Source: an uncultured Flavobacteriales bacterium (lineage in GTDB: Bacteria; Bacteroidota; Bacteroidia; Flavobacteriales; UBA7430). From it: 64,000 bases of DNA. Location: NCBI GenBank assembly GCA_943789355.1, contig CALSTU010000002.1, positions 135,854 through 199,853 on the forward strand, given 5' to 3'. Under the pieces are notes generated by a model. The model saw only the letters and a list, made by a program, of their open reading frames with translations, did not search any database and was not told where the DNA came from. Made by a program: the position numbers and the translations under genes. Positions 1-9,290 of the stretch are shown here, in pieces. Position 1 is the stretch's first letter. Every line of letters begins with the position of its first letter.

Positions 1-1030
1 CTCTACAAACTTCAACATCATCTAACTCTATAGCTAACATCAGCCCTTTACCTCTAATTTCTTTTATCTTGGGGTGTACCAGAAGCTTCCTAAATAGTTT
101 TTCTTTTTGAGCAACCTGTTCAATAATTTGTGAGTCACACAATTCAATTAAGGTTGCCAAAGATGCGGCACAGGCAATAGGGTGACCACCAAAAGTAGTA
201 ATGTGACCCAGAATAGGATTTTCTCTTAAAGAATGCATTTTTTCTGTAGACGTTGTGAAAGAACCAATCGACATACCTCCACCCATACCTTTTGCCATAC
301 AGAGAATGTCAGGAACTACTTGAAACGTTTCGAAACCAAACAAGTTCCCCGTCCTTCCGAAACAAGTTTGTATTTCATCGAATATCAATAATGCTCCAAC
401 TTCATCACAACGATGTCTAACAGCTTTTAAGAATCCCTTTTTAGGAGTAATAAAGCCGGAGGCGCCCTGGATAGGTTCTATGACAACTGATGCCGTTTTA
501 CAAGTAATGTTTTTAAGGCTCGAGAAGTCATTGTAAATAATTTGACCACAATCGGGAAGCAAAGGTCTATATTTTCTCTTGTAGGTCTCAGTCCCCATGA
601 TGCTTAAAGCTCCATGTGTGCTTCCATGATAAGAGTTTTTGCAGGAAATTATTTCCGACCTTCCAGTGAATCCTTTAGACAGCTTCATTGATGCTTCAAT
701 AGCTTCTACTCCAGAATTTACAAAATAGGTGCAATTTAAAGCTTTCGGCAACAAGGATGCTAGTTTTTCAGCAAGCTGCAACTGAGGGTCCTGAATGAAT
801 TCACCATAAACCATAACATGCAAGTATTTTTCAGCTTGCTCCTGTATAGCTTTCACCACTTTGGGATGACAATGACCAATAGAACAGGCGGAAACTCCAG
901 CAACCAAATCCATATAACTCTTGCCTGACTTGTCTGTAACATACATACCTTTTGCTGAGGCTACATCAATAGCCAAAGGAAAGGGTGTTGTTTGTCCTTG
1001 ATGCTTAATAAAAGATTCCTTTACTCCCAT
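1..1030 (-). CDS. class-III PLP-dependent aminotransferase (acetylornithine/ornithine aminotransferase-like); C-terminus lies beyond the left window edge
   Basis: Own translation of the minus strand from ATG 1030-1028 gives MGVKESFIKHQGQTTPFPLAIDVASAKGMYVTDKSGKSYMDLVAGVSACSIGHCHPKVV..., later IFDEIQTCFGRTG and CMAKGMGGG (PLP-lysine region). The frame stays open to base 1. It is absent from the ORF track because there is no stop in the window. Confidence 0.85.
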   Translation of the reverse strand, partial: MGVKESFIKHQGQTTPFPLAIDVASAKGMYVTDKSGKSYMDLVAGVSACSIGHCHPKVVKAIQEQAEKYLHVMVYGEFIQDPQLQLAEKLASLLPKALNCTYFVNSGVEAIEASMKLSKGFTGRSEIISCKNSYHGSTHGALSIMGTETYKRKYRPLLPDCGQIIYNDFSSLKNITCKTASVVIEPIQGASGFITPKKGFLKAVRHRCDEVGALLIFDEIQTCFGRTGNLFGFETFQVVPDILCMAKGMGGGMSIGSFTTSTEKMHSLRENPILGHITTFGGHPIACAASLATLIELCDSQIIEQVAQKEKLFRKLLVHPKIKEIRGKGLMLAIELDDVEVCR

Positions 1031-1058
1031 CGTAAAGTTTAAAGAAGAATATTATGTC

Positions 1059-1673
1059 CTAAAACAAGCCATGAAGCTCAGCATTCACTTTATCAACAAT
1101 AAAACCTAAATCTTCTTGATTTTGCATAAAATCCAAATCATCAGTGTCTATAATCAATAACTTACCTTTTGTATATTCTGAAATCCATGCTTCATAACGC
1201 TCATTCAGACGTGTTAAATAGTCAATCCGGATACTAGACTCATAAGCTCTACCACGTGCTTGAATTTGCCTAACAAGAGTCGGAACAGAAGCTCTAAGGT
1301 AAATTAACAAGTCTGGTGGTTTTACAAATGAGGACATCAATTCAAAAAGACGCGCATAGTTTTCAAAATCTCTTGAAGTGATTAACCCCATTGCATGAAG
1401 ATTGGGCGCGAAAATTTGTGCATCCTCATAGATGGTTCTATCTTGAATGATATTCTTACCACTTTCTTGAATTTCCTTTAACTGCCCGAATCGGCTGTTT
1501 AGGAAATAAACCTGAAGATTAAATGCCCAGCGCTGCATATCGGTGTAAAAATCATCCAAATAAGGATTATCATCTACCAATTCGTAATGGGGGTCCCAAT
1601 CAAAATTTTTGGCTAACAATTCCGTTAAACTTGTTTTTCCTACTCCTATATTTCCAGCAACAGCAATATGCAT
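1059..1673 (-). CDS. deoxynucleoside kinase
   Basis: 204 aa. P-loop AGNIGVGKTS, DRTIYED and RGRAYE motifs are typical of the dAK/dGK/dCK kinase family. Confidence 0.85.
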   Translation of the reverse strand: MHIAVAGNIGVGKTSLTELLAKNFDWDPHYELVDDNPYLDDFYTDMQRWAFNLQVYFLNSRFGQLKEIQESGKNIIQDRTIYEDAQIFAPNLHAMGLITSRDFENYARLFELMSSFVKPPDLLIYLRASVPTLVRQIQARGRAYESSIRIDYLTRLNERYEAWISEYTKGKLLIIDTDDLDFMQNQEDLGFIVDKVNAELHGLF

Positions 1674-1734
1674 TTCTCAGTGTTTGAATTAAGGGAATAA
1701 AAATACAATTTTAGATGAAATGGACAAGTTAAAT

Positions 1735-3243
1735 TTAGCAGTTCATCGCTAAAAGCTCCTCAATGTATTTTCTGTCATCCGATAAACGAGGCACTTTATT
1801 TTGTCCGCCTAACTTACCTCTCTTTTTCATCCATTTAAAAAACAAACCTTGGGAAGCCGTGTGAACTTTTGGCTCTTCAAGGATCATGTTTTTATATCGT
1901 TTTGCTTCGTAATCGGAATTCACAGACTTTAGAGCAGCATCAAAGCAAGCAATAAAATGGCTGTAATCTTTAGGAGGAGATTTAAACTCAATGAGCCATT
2001 CATGACAAGCCTTTCTGCCTCCTGAAATATGTTTTGGAGCTGCCGTGTAATCTAGTATTTCGGTATTTGTTTTGAGACAAGCAATTTCAAGTGCTTGCTC
2101 TGCATTATGTATCATAAGTTCTTCACCAAAAGCATTTATGAAATGTTTTGTTCGCCCTGTTATCAAAAATCTGTAGGGATTTAAATGTGTGAATCTTATC
2201 GTATCACCAATCATGTAGCGCCAAAGTCCACCATTGGTTGTTATGACCAAAGCATAGTTTTTATTCAATTCAACCTCTGATAAAGTCAAAGAAGTAGGCT
2301 TTTCATCATGAATTAACTCGAGTGGAACAAACTCGTAATAAATACCATAATCCAACATCAAAAGCATATCATCTCTATCAGGATCATCCTGAATTCCGAA
2401 GAAACCCTCGGAAGCATTGTACGTTTCTAGATAATTGATTCCGTGAGGAAATAAAGCCTGAAAACTACTTTTGTAGGGTTTAAAGTTTACGCCTCCATGC
2501 ATGTAAAGCTCAAAGTTTGGCCATAATTCATGAAGATGAGATTTACCTGTTTTCTCCAATACTTTATTCGCAAAAACGAGTGCCCATGAAGGAACTCCAG
2601 ACAAAGAAGTTATGTTTTCATTTATAGCTTGTTCAGCCATCAAATCAATCTTTTTCTCCCATTCACTCATCAAAGCGATTTCTTTATCAGGAGATTGTTG
2701 GAGCTGAACCCAAAAAGGTAAATTTTCTAAAATAATGGCCGACAGATCTCCTTCGTACATGTGATCGGATAAAGATGAAATCTCATGGCTACCACCCAAC
2801 ATGAGACTCTTCCCTTCGAAAATGTTTTTAGCAGTATAGTTATTGCAATAAACGGAAAGTAAATCTTTACCCCCCTTGTAGTGGCAATCCTCAATTGACT
2901 CCTTACTAACCGGAATATATTTACTTTTTCCTCCAGTAGTTCCTGATGATTTAGCGAACCATTTTACTTCACTAGGCCACAATACATTTCGAACACCAGA
3001 GCGCATTTTATTGATAAAAGGTTCTAGAGCAACATAATCATTTATAGGTACGCGATCGGAAAAGTCTTTTGAATTCTTTATGGAATTAAAATCATAGATT
3101 CTACCGAATTCAGTATTTTTGGCTTTGGTAACCAGCGATTTTCTCAGATCTTCCTGAACCTCCTCAGGATAATTTATGAATAAATCAATGTGATGTATTC
3201 TCTTTTTTATGATCCAACTAACAATAGAATTATAAATTTTCAT
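1735..3243 (-). CDS. GH3 auxin-responsive-promoter family protein (ANL-like adenylating / acyl-acid amido synthetase fold)
   Basis: 502 aa. SSGTTGGKSKYIPV nucleotide-binding motif, and overall length and layout of bacterial GH3 proteins. Confidence 0.8.
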   Translation of the reverse strand: MKIYNSIVSWIIKKRIHHIDLFINYPEEVQEDLRKSLVTKAKNTEFGRIYDFNSIKNSKDFSDRVPINDYVALEPFINKMRSGVRNVLWPSEVKWFAKSSGTTGGKSKYIPVSKESIEDCHYKGGKDLLSVYCNNYTAKNIFEGKSLMLGGSHEISSLSDHMYEGDLSAIILENLPFWVQLQQSPDKEIALMSEWEKKIDLMAEQAINENITSLSGVPSWALVFANKVLEKTGKSHLHELWPNFELYMHGGVNFKPYKSSFQALFPHGINYLETYNASEGFFGIQDDPDRDDMLLMLDYGIYYEFVPLELIHDEKPTSLTLSEVELNKNYALVITTNGGLWRYMIGDTIRFTHLNPYRFLITGRTKHFINAFGEELMIHNAEQALEIACLKTNTEILDYTAAPKHISGGRKACHEWLIEFKSPPKDYSHFIACFDAALKSVNSDYEAKRYKNMILEEPKVHTASQGLFFKWMKKRGKLGGQNKVPRLSDDRKYIEELLAMNC

Positions 3244-3307
3244 TCAAAAAAAGGTTGTAATAATTTCATATTTTTCTTAGACCGAAACTACAAAAAATCC
3301 CTTCAAT

Positions 3308-4147
3308 ATGCATATGCGAGGTAGAATTCTTAAAATGAAAACCAATCTGGGAAATCCAGTTCAGTATGAATTACCAATGGATGATAATTTCCTTCAAATG
3401 AATCAATGGATTGGGAAAGACATTCAATTTCGTTTTGATGGAGAAATTTACTGTCTGGATTGTGGAACGCGAACTAAAAAATCATTCAATCAAGGATTTT
3501 GTTATCCTTGTTTTCAAAACAGTCCCATGTCTGCAGAATGCATTATTAAACCTGAATTATGTAGAGCACACCTCGGGGAAGGTAGAGATTTAGAATGGGA
3601 ACGAGAACATCATCTCAAAGACCACTACGTATATTTAGCCGTTTCAAGCGGAGTAAAAGTCGGTATAACGAGAGATACACAAGTACCCACTCGATGGATA
3701 GATCAAGGAGCTAGCTATGCCGTCCCAATAGCTAAAACACCCAATCGATATTTGTGCGGGATGATTGAAGTTGCATTGAAAAAGTATCTTTCTGACAGAA
3801 CCGCATGGCAACGTATGTTGAAAAATGAAATTGCCCATGTAGATCTGAAAACAAAACGCGAAGAAATTTTAAAGTTGGTTCCGGAAGAATATCAATCCTA
3901 TTTACTTACGGATGCCGAAATTACCACTATTAAATACCCCGTTAACGAATACCCTAAGAAAGTCAAAAGTCTAAGCTTTGACAAAACTCCGATTATAGAA
4001 GGTCGTTTGATGGGGATTAAAGGACAATACCTACTCTTTGAGAATGGTCAGGTACTAAACATGCGAAAACATCAGGCCTATGTTCTTGAGTTTTCAGGCG
4101 ATGAAAATCAAACAAATACTGAGAAAGAATTGACTCTTGATTTTTAA
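3308..4147 (+). CDS. DUF2797-type protein with zinc-ribbon
   Basis: 279 aa. N-terminus M..GRILKMKTNLGNPVQYEL and overall pattern recalled as DUF2797. C-x2-C-x12-C-x2-C motif (YCLDCG...FCYPCF). Divergent from the GH3 gene with a 64-nt spacer. Confidence 0.65.
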   Translation: MHMRGRILKMKTNLGNPVQYELPMDDNFLQMNQWIGKDIQFRFDGEIYCLDCGTRTKKSFNQGFCYPCFQNSPMSAECIIKPELCRAHLGEGRDLEWEREHHLKDHYVYLAVSSGVKVGITRDTQVPTRWIDQGASYAVPIAKTPNRYLCGMIEVALKKYLSDRTAWQRMLKNEIAHVDLKTKREEILKLVPEEYQSYLLTDAEITTIKYPVNEYPKKVKSLSFDKTPIIEGRLMGIKGQYLLFENGQVLNMRKHQAYVLEFSGDENQTNTEKELTLDF

Positions 4148-4165
4148 GCTGAACGATTCTGTCAA

Positions 4166-6574
4166 TTAAAACTTTGCTTGCAACTTGATATTGAGTAGCC
4201 GTGAAGTCAAATAATTAGGAACGGCATACTGATTTTGGACAACATCCGAAACCCACAAATATGAAATCGTATTTCGTATTCCCAAAAGATTAAATATTTC
4301 TGCGCTCAACCAAACGGATTCAAAATTCTTTAAATACTTAGAATTACTTTCGCTTCCTTTCTCTTTAATCACTTTGGTGAAACCAATGTCTAGTCTTTTG
4401 TAAGACGGAATTCTGAATGTTTGCTCATGCCTTTCAGAGTTTAAAGCTCCTACAGGTAAACCCGAACTGTAATGCAATTTTAAATTCATTTTATAACTCG
4501 GGTTTCTCGGTAAATAATCTTGAAAAAACATTGAAAACGAAAACCTTTGATCGTTTGGCCGAGGTATAAACCCGTACCCATCTCCTAAAATATCTTCTTG
4601 TGATTTCATCAACGACATACTTGCCCAGGACTCAACTCCAGGAACAAATTCACCATTTACTCTGAGGTCTATACCCATTGTATAACCTTTTGCCATTTTT
4701 TCAGGCAAATAACGAATCCTTAAATTATCTATTTCGTAAGGTATGATGTTACTTAATGATTTGTAATAAAGTTCTCCAACTAATTTAAAAGGTCGAGACC
4801 AAGCTTTAAAAATGTAGTCCGTTGAAAAAACATATTGGAAAGACTTTTGAGATTTTAAATCCTTATACAGAACCCCATTTTTATCTCTGAGTTCTCTATA
4901 AAAAGGAGCTTGGTTGTAAGACCCTAATGCAACTTTAAGAAGAACGTCTTTTTCCCAATTAGGTCGATAACTCAAACCCAACCTGGGTGAAATAAAGGAC
5001 TCTTTGTTCATAGAACGATAAAGTGTTCTGATTCCAAATGTGTAAGTCAGTTTTGTATGATCAAAATTAATCGTTCCATTTTTTTGTAGGTAGGCACTCC
5101 ACTTGTGTGTATTCAATAGATGTTTTGCTTGAACAAACTCAAACAACTCCAACAATGAATCTGAATGTTGTGGAACAGAAAAACCTGAAGAATCAATAAG
5201 TTGCCACTCCTTTAAAAGATCATCAATTAACTCGTTTTGGTATTTAACACCCCAATCCGTCGTCGTTCCATTTTTAAACTGTTTGCCACGATATTCAAAG
5301 TTGAAAACTCGTGCAAACAACTCATTTCTTGCATGGCGAAAATATCCTCCTACACCCCTATTTGAAACTACTTGACCAAAATTCTCGGAACCTAAACTAT
5401 TGTCCAATTGCCCCAACCAGTATTGACCTTCCACATCGTAAAACTCTTGTTCACGTGTTTGAAACAAGGATGCAGACAAACTCATTTGTAAACTATCATG
5501 AATTTGATAATCAAATCTTGCCGCACCCATACCACTATGATAAATGTCTTTTTCCTGTCCGTCAAAGTATATATACAGACGTAAAGGTCGGTCAATAGTA
5601 CCGAAATCACTCTCCCTAGAATCAGGAATAGAGTGGTATTCATTCGATGCATAATGAGCTAACAAACTCAACTTCATCTGCGAATTAATATGATACGTGT
5701 TTAGAGTCTGGAAATCAGAAAACTTTGGTTTGTAAGTAGACCTGGTGTCAAGGCTCGAAAGTAAAAACTGATTGGACTTTTGTCGATAACTTGTAACATG
5801 TGACCAACGCTTTGATTTATTTACACCTTCGATCGTAGCATTTACTCCCATAAAACTTAAAGTCAAATGACTTTTCCAGGATTTCGGATCCTTATACGTA
5901 ATATCCAAAACAGACGAAAGTTTATCCCCGTAAGTAGCGTTAAATCCACCCGCAGAGAAATTGATATTTTCTACCATGTCCGAATTGATAAAACTTAATC
6001 CTTCTTGCTCGCCACTTCGAACTAAAAAAGGTTTGTATATTTCAAAACCATTTACATAAACAAGGTTTTCATCATAATTACCGCCTCGAACAGAGTACTG
6101 CGAACTCATTTCGTTTTTAGAACTCACACCACCAAGAGTAGCCACTAATCCTTCAACACCTCCTGTAGGTCCGGCAATAGACTGTAAATTTTTCTTATCA
6201 ATACGCGTGATGTTTTGTTCACGTAAAGCGTCTTCTACCAAATCAACTTCTGATATAATGTTCAAGTCAGGAGTGAAAATTAAGTCTAAATTTCTTTTTT
6301 CACCCTCGTCTAAAATGATTTCATGTACTTGAGTATTGAACGATAAATGAGAAAACACGATCGACAACTTTTCATTTGCGGGAAGTGTAATGCTATATTC
6401 CCCGTTTGTGTCAGATATCGTACCTGTAGTTTTGTAAGCCACACTAACACCCTCGACAACAACACCATCATTGCTTTTCAAAACACCGTGTAAGGTGCTT
6501 TTCTGAGCATAGACTAGTGATGACATCGAAAGAAAACCTAAAATTAATAGGGGCAAATATATTGTCCGATTCAT
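4166..6574 (-). CDS. TonB-dependent receptor with CarboxypepD_reg-like N-domain
   Basis: 802 aa. Signal peptide, N-terminal GVLKSNDGVVVEGVSV carboxypeptidase-regulatory-like module, plug region (QYSVRGGNYDENLVYVNG), and a C-terminal aromatic residue (..LQAKF). Confidence 0.85.
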   Translation of the reverse strand: MNRTIYLPLLILGFLSMSSLVYAQKSTLHGVLKSNDGVVVEGVSVAYKTTGTISDTNGEYSITLPANEKLSIVFSHLSFNTQVHEIILDEGEKRNLDLIFTPDLNIISEVDLVEDALREQNITRIDKKNLQSIAGPTGGVEGLVATLGGVSSKNEMSSQYSVRGGNYDENLVYVNGFEIYKPFLVRSGEQEGLSFINSDMVENINFSAGGFNATYGDKLSSVLDITYKDPKSWKSHLTLSFMGVNATIEGVNKSKRWSHVTSYRQKSNQFLLSSLDTRSTYKPKFSDFQTLNTYHINSQMKLSLLAHYASNEYHSIPDSRESDFGTIDRPLRLYIYFDGQEKDIYHSGMGAARFDYQIHDSLQMSLSASLFQTREQEFYDVEGQYWLGQLDNSLGSENFGQVVSNRGVGGYFRHARNELFARVFNFEYRGKQFKNGTTTDWGVKYQNELIDDLLKEWQLIDSSGFSVPQHSDSLLELFEFVQAKHLLNTHKWSAYLQKNGTINFDHTKLTYTFGIRTLYRSMNKESFISPRLGLSYRPNWEKDVLLKVALGSYNQAPFYRELRDKNGVLYKDLKSQKSFQYVFSTDYIFKAWSRPFKLVGELYYKSLSNIIPYEIDNLRIRYLPEKMAKGYTMGIDLRVNGEFVPGVESWASMSLMKSQEDILGDGYGFIPRPNDQRFSFSMFFQDYLPRNPSYKMNLKLHYSSGLPVGALNSERHEQTFRIPSYKRLDIGFTKVIKEKGSESNSKYLKNFESVWLSAEIFNLLGIRNTISYLWVSDVVQNQYAVPNYLTSRLLNIKLQAKF

Positions 6575-6598
6575 AACCCTGCGAATATAAAAATATTT

Positions 6599-8314
6599 TT
6601 AGCGGACAAAATCAAGTTCCAAACGTTTTTCATTGTTGACCAAGTCATTAACGACAATTAACAATTCGTGTTGCCCTTTACCAATCTTATTATCAAAATA
6701 ATGCATCAACGTATTGTTTTTTGGATCGTACTCTAATAAAACCCAATCCCCATCGACAAATGCATTGTATTCACTTACACCACTATGAATGTCAACAACT
6801 GTAAAACTCATAAAATCTTCATTTGACATGTCTTCAAAAAAATATTTTGTTTTCAATACGGGGGGAATTGTATCAATGAGCAGCCCAAACTCTCCAAATT
6901 CTCTTGCTTTTGCCGTCAAAGTATCCTGATACCATTTTGAGGGCAAACAAGAAAATTCATTCTCATCACTTTGAGTACAGATAATGGACTTCTCTTTGGT
7001 TGCCTCATCCATTGAATCTATGGTCAAGGATATGGAATAAGGCCTGTGAACAGGAGTTTCTTCATTGTGGATACAATGTATATCCCCAGCATATATCGTT
7101 GACGATTTACGAGATTTGTATGAGAAGTTTAAATCATTGTAGAGGCTGTTTGGATCCATTCGCAATTCAATGCTCTCCGTTTTGTAGGTATTAACTCCAT
7201 CGTGTGAAAACACAAAACCTTCCACAAGACTAGGAGTATTGAAAAGGCTGGTATCGCTTTTGAAATCAAAAAACAAACTCGAAGAGTTTCCTTGTAAATC
7301 TCTTATTACATATTCCCCTTTGTGTATTCTCTGTGAATCAAAACACAAATGCCCATCATCCTTTAAAAAATCGTAAATGCTTAAATTGTTATGTGAATCT
7401 TTAAACGACTTCTGAGTTCTGAACCCATAATTCTTCCTGGCATGATAGTCCGTAAATGTATTGATATAGCGAGTTTCTGCAAAGGAAAATCGATCCATAT
7501 CGTGCTTGTAAATCAACAAAGAATCAATAAATAATTCAATACTGTAAACGCCGTTTTTATTTGGCGCATTATCCAATTGATCGAAGACGTCAATACCGAA
7601 GCCAATCAAACCGTTCAGTTCAATTTTCATGGAATCTACATCATAAGTATTGTTCGAGGTCTTTCGAGTAAAAACTCTGAATGTATCACTTTGAGCATTA
7701 ATCACAGCATGCTCATCCAAAGGGTAAATGTGAAGACTGTTTATGGTTGGTGGTGTTGTATCTTTAGCCTTAAAACCAAACAATAAAGGATTAATTACTT
7801 CTTGTGTTACTGCATCCCGAATTTCAAAATGAAGATGGGGTGCCGTAGAACTCCCTGTGTTTCCCGTCCAGGCAATCGTATCCCCTTTTCTAAAATCAAA
7901 ACAATGAGCATCGGGAAAGAGATCAACAGAGAAACTTTTTTTTTCATATTGCTCTTCGAGTAAGTAATGGGCGATATCAGAATAAAAACGTTGTAAATGT
8001 GCGTAAACAGACACATAACCATTGTCATGAGTTAAGTAAAGAGCTTTACCGTAACCTCCCGCACTTATTTTAACTCTTGAGACATAACCGTCTCCAATAG
8101 CCAAAATTGGAAACCCCTCTTTACCTTTTGTTTTAATATCAATACCCGAATGAAAATGATTGGATCGCAATTCACCAAAAGTTCCAGCCAAAACCAAGGG
8201 GATATTTAGTGGAGATCTAAAGTTCGTTTCAGCGTAAGATACCTGAGCTTCAGAAGAGCTGGTGTAAAGTAGTGTGAAAACTAAAAATAATAATATTCTA
8301 CGTAGGCAATTCAT
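6599..8314 (-). CDS. M23/LytM family metallopeptidase with long C-terminal extension
   Basis: 571 aa. Signal peptide, zinc-ligand motifs NHFHSGIDI and APHLHFEI. Only 24 nt upstream of the TonB receptor gene. Confidence 0.85.
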   Translation of the reverse strand: MNCLRRILLFLVFTLLYTSSSEAQVSYAETNFRSPLNIPLVLAGTFGELRSNHFHSGIDIKTKGKEGFPILAIGDGYVSRVKISAGGYGKALYLTHDNGYVSVYAHLQRFYSDIAHYLLEEQYEKKSFSVDLFPDAHCFDFRKGDTIAWTGNTGSSTAPHLHFEIRDAVTQEVINPLLFGFKAKDTTPPTINSLHIYPLDEHAVINAQSDTFRVFTRKTSNNTYDVDSMKIELNGLIGFGIDVFDQLDNAPNKNGVYSIELFIDSLLIYKHDMDRFSFAETRYINTFTDYHARKNYGFRTQKSFKDSHNNLSIYDFLKDDGHLCFDSQRIHKGEYVIRDLQGNSSSLFFDFKSDTSLFNTPSLVEGFVFSHDGVNTYKTESIELRMDPNSLYNDLNFSYKSRKSSTIYAGDIHCIHNEETPVHRPYSISLTIDSMDEATKEKSIICTQSDENEFSCLPSKWYQDTLTAKAREFGEFGLLIDTIPPVLKTKYFFEDMSNEDFMSFTVVDIHSGVSEYNAFVDGDWVLLEYDPKNNTLMHYFDNKIGKGQHELLIVVNDLVNNEKRLELDFVR

Positions 8315-8440
8315 TCCGATTCATCATTTATAAAGTAGGTACAAATTTAATTTTTTAGTCCATTTAAAGAAACTTTTTATAAACAACGAATGTCCTTAGT
8401 AATTCGTGTTGTTTAAATCGGATTTTGTCTTCGGAATAAC

Positions 8441-8448
8441 TATATTTG
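8441..8448 (+). promoter_or_regulatory. candidate Bacteroidota -7 promoter box (TAnnTTTG)
   Basis: TATATTTG lies 23 nt upstream of ATG 8471. I found no well-spaced -33 TTG. Confidence 0.35.
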
Positions 8449-8470
8449 TTCTATAGTTGATGTTTTAATC

Positions 8471-8761
8471 ATGGATCATTTAAGTGATAAACTCGAAAAG
8501 CTTCGGCATCAAGTTCAAAAGCTAAACATAGCATTTAACCAACTTGAATCACAAAACGAAGCTTTGAAGAAAGAAAACAAAGAACTTCAGGAGAAGTTGT
8601 TGCTCAAAAGAGACAAAGTTAAAGCACTCAAAGATGAAAGAGCGTTAATCTTGAATGCGAAATCGCTAACAGACGTAGGAATGAGTAGTAAGGATGCGAG
8701 ACATAAGATTAACGAACTTATACGGGGAATTGACAAATGTATAGCTCAACTTAATCAATGA
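8471..8761 (+). CDS. small coiled-coil protein upstream of zapA (ZapB-like role is only a guess)
   Basis: 96 aa. K/E/L/Q-rich heptad pattern and no TM segment. Ends 10 nt before zapA. Confidence 0.5.
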   Translation: MDHLSDKLEKLRHQVQKLNIAFNQLESQNEALKKENKELQEKLLLKRDKVKALKDERALILNAKSLTDVGMSSKDARHKINELIRGIDKCIAQLNQ

Positions 8762-8771
8762 TATAGCCTGA

Positions 8772-9071
8772 ATGGATAAACTTAAAATCAAAGTTTCTAT
8801 AGCCGGAAGAGTATACCCACTGACTATTAAACGAGATGAAGAGGAAGACATCCGAAAGGCAGCAGCTAAAATTGAAGCTATTGTAAAGCAGTTTGAATCA
8901 AACTATGCCGTTAAAGACAAACAAGATTTATTGGCCATGTGCGCTTTACAACTGTCATCAAAAGTAGAAAGTTCAGAAGGTAAAACCTTGGTTGACACTA
9001 CTGAAATTGACGCTAACATTGATGCTATTGAAGCAGATATATCAGCAATGCTGAAACGTTCTTTAACATAA
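8772..9071 (+). CDS. zapA: cell division protein ZapA
   Basis: 99 aa. The N-terminal KIKVSIAGRVYPLTIKRDEEEDIRKAAAKIE pattern is typical of ZapA. Confidence 0.7.
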   Translation: MDKLKIKVSIAGRVYPLTIKRDEEEDIRKAAAKIEAIVKQFESNYAVKDKQDLLAMCALQLSSKVESSEGKTLVDTTEIDANIDAIEADISAMLKRSLT

Positions 9072-9089
9072 AAACTAGTAAATTATAGT

Positions 9090-9275
9090 TTCCCGTATTA
9101 ATTCAATAAGTTGTTAAACTCAACGTAATATTTAATTGGATTAGATTCGTCTTTTTAAAAACAAGCCTCAACCTTAGGGTCCTTCGGGTGTCAGTGGAAG
9201 TTTGATGATAGGTGGTCGGTCCATCCGTGTTTTCTCGGAGTTTAAGTAACAGGATTAATACGGGTTTCTTTTTAT
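9090..9275 (+). ncRNA. candidate 6S RNA-like structured RNA in the zapA-rny spacer
   Basis: Perfect 11-bp closing helix CCCGTATTAAT (9092-9102) / ATTAATACGGG (9254-9264). Second 8-bp helix TTAAACTC (9114-9121) / GAGTTTAA (9238-9245). G+C-richer interior includes CC-TTCG-GG (9181-9188). The 3' arm is followed by TTTCTTTTT. No ORF is present. The position after zapA matches the E. coli zapA-ssrS arrangement. Confidence 0.45.
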
Positions 9276-9290
9276 ATAAAGCCAACAAAC

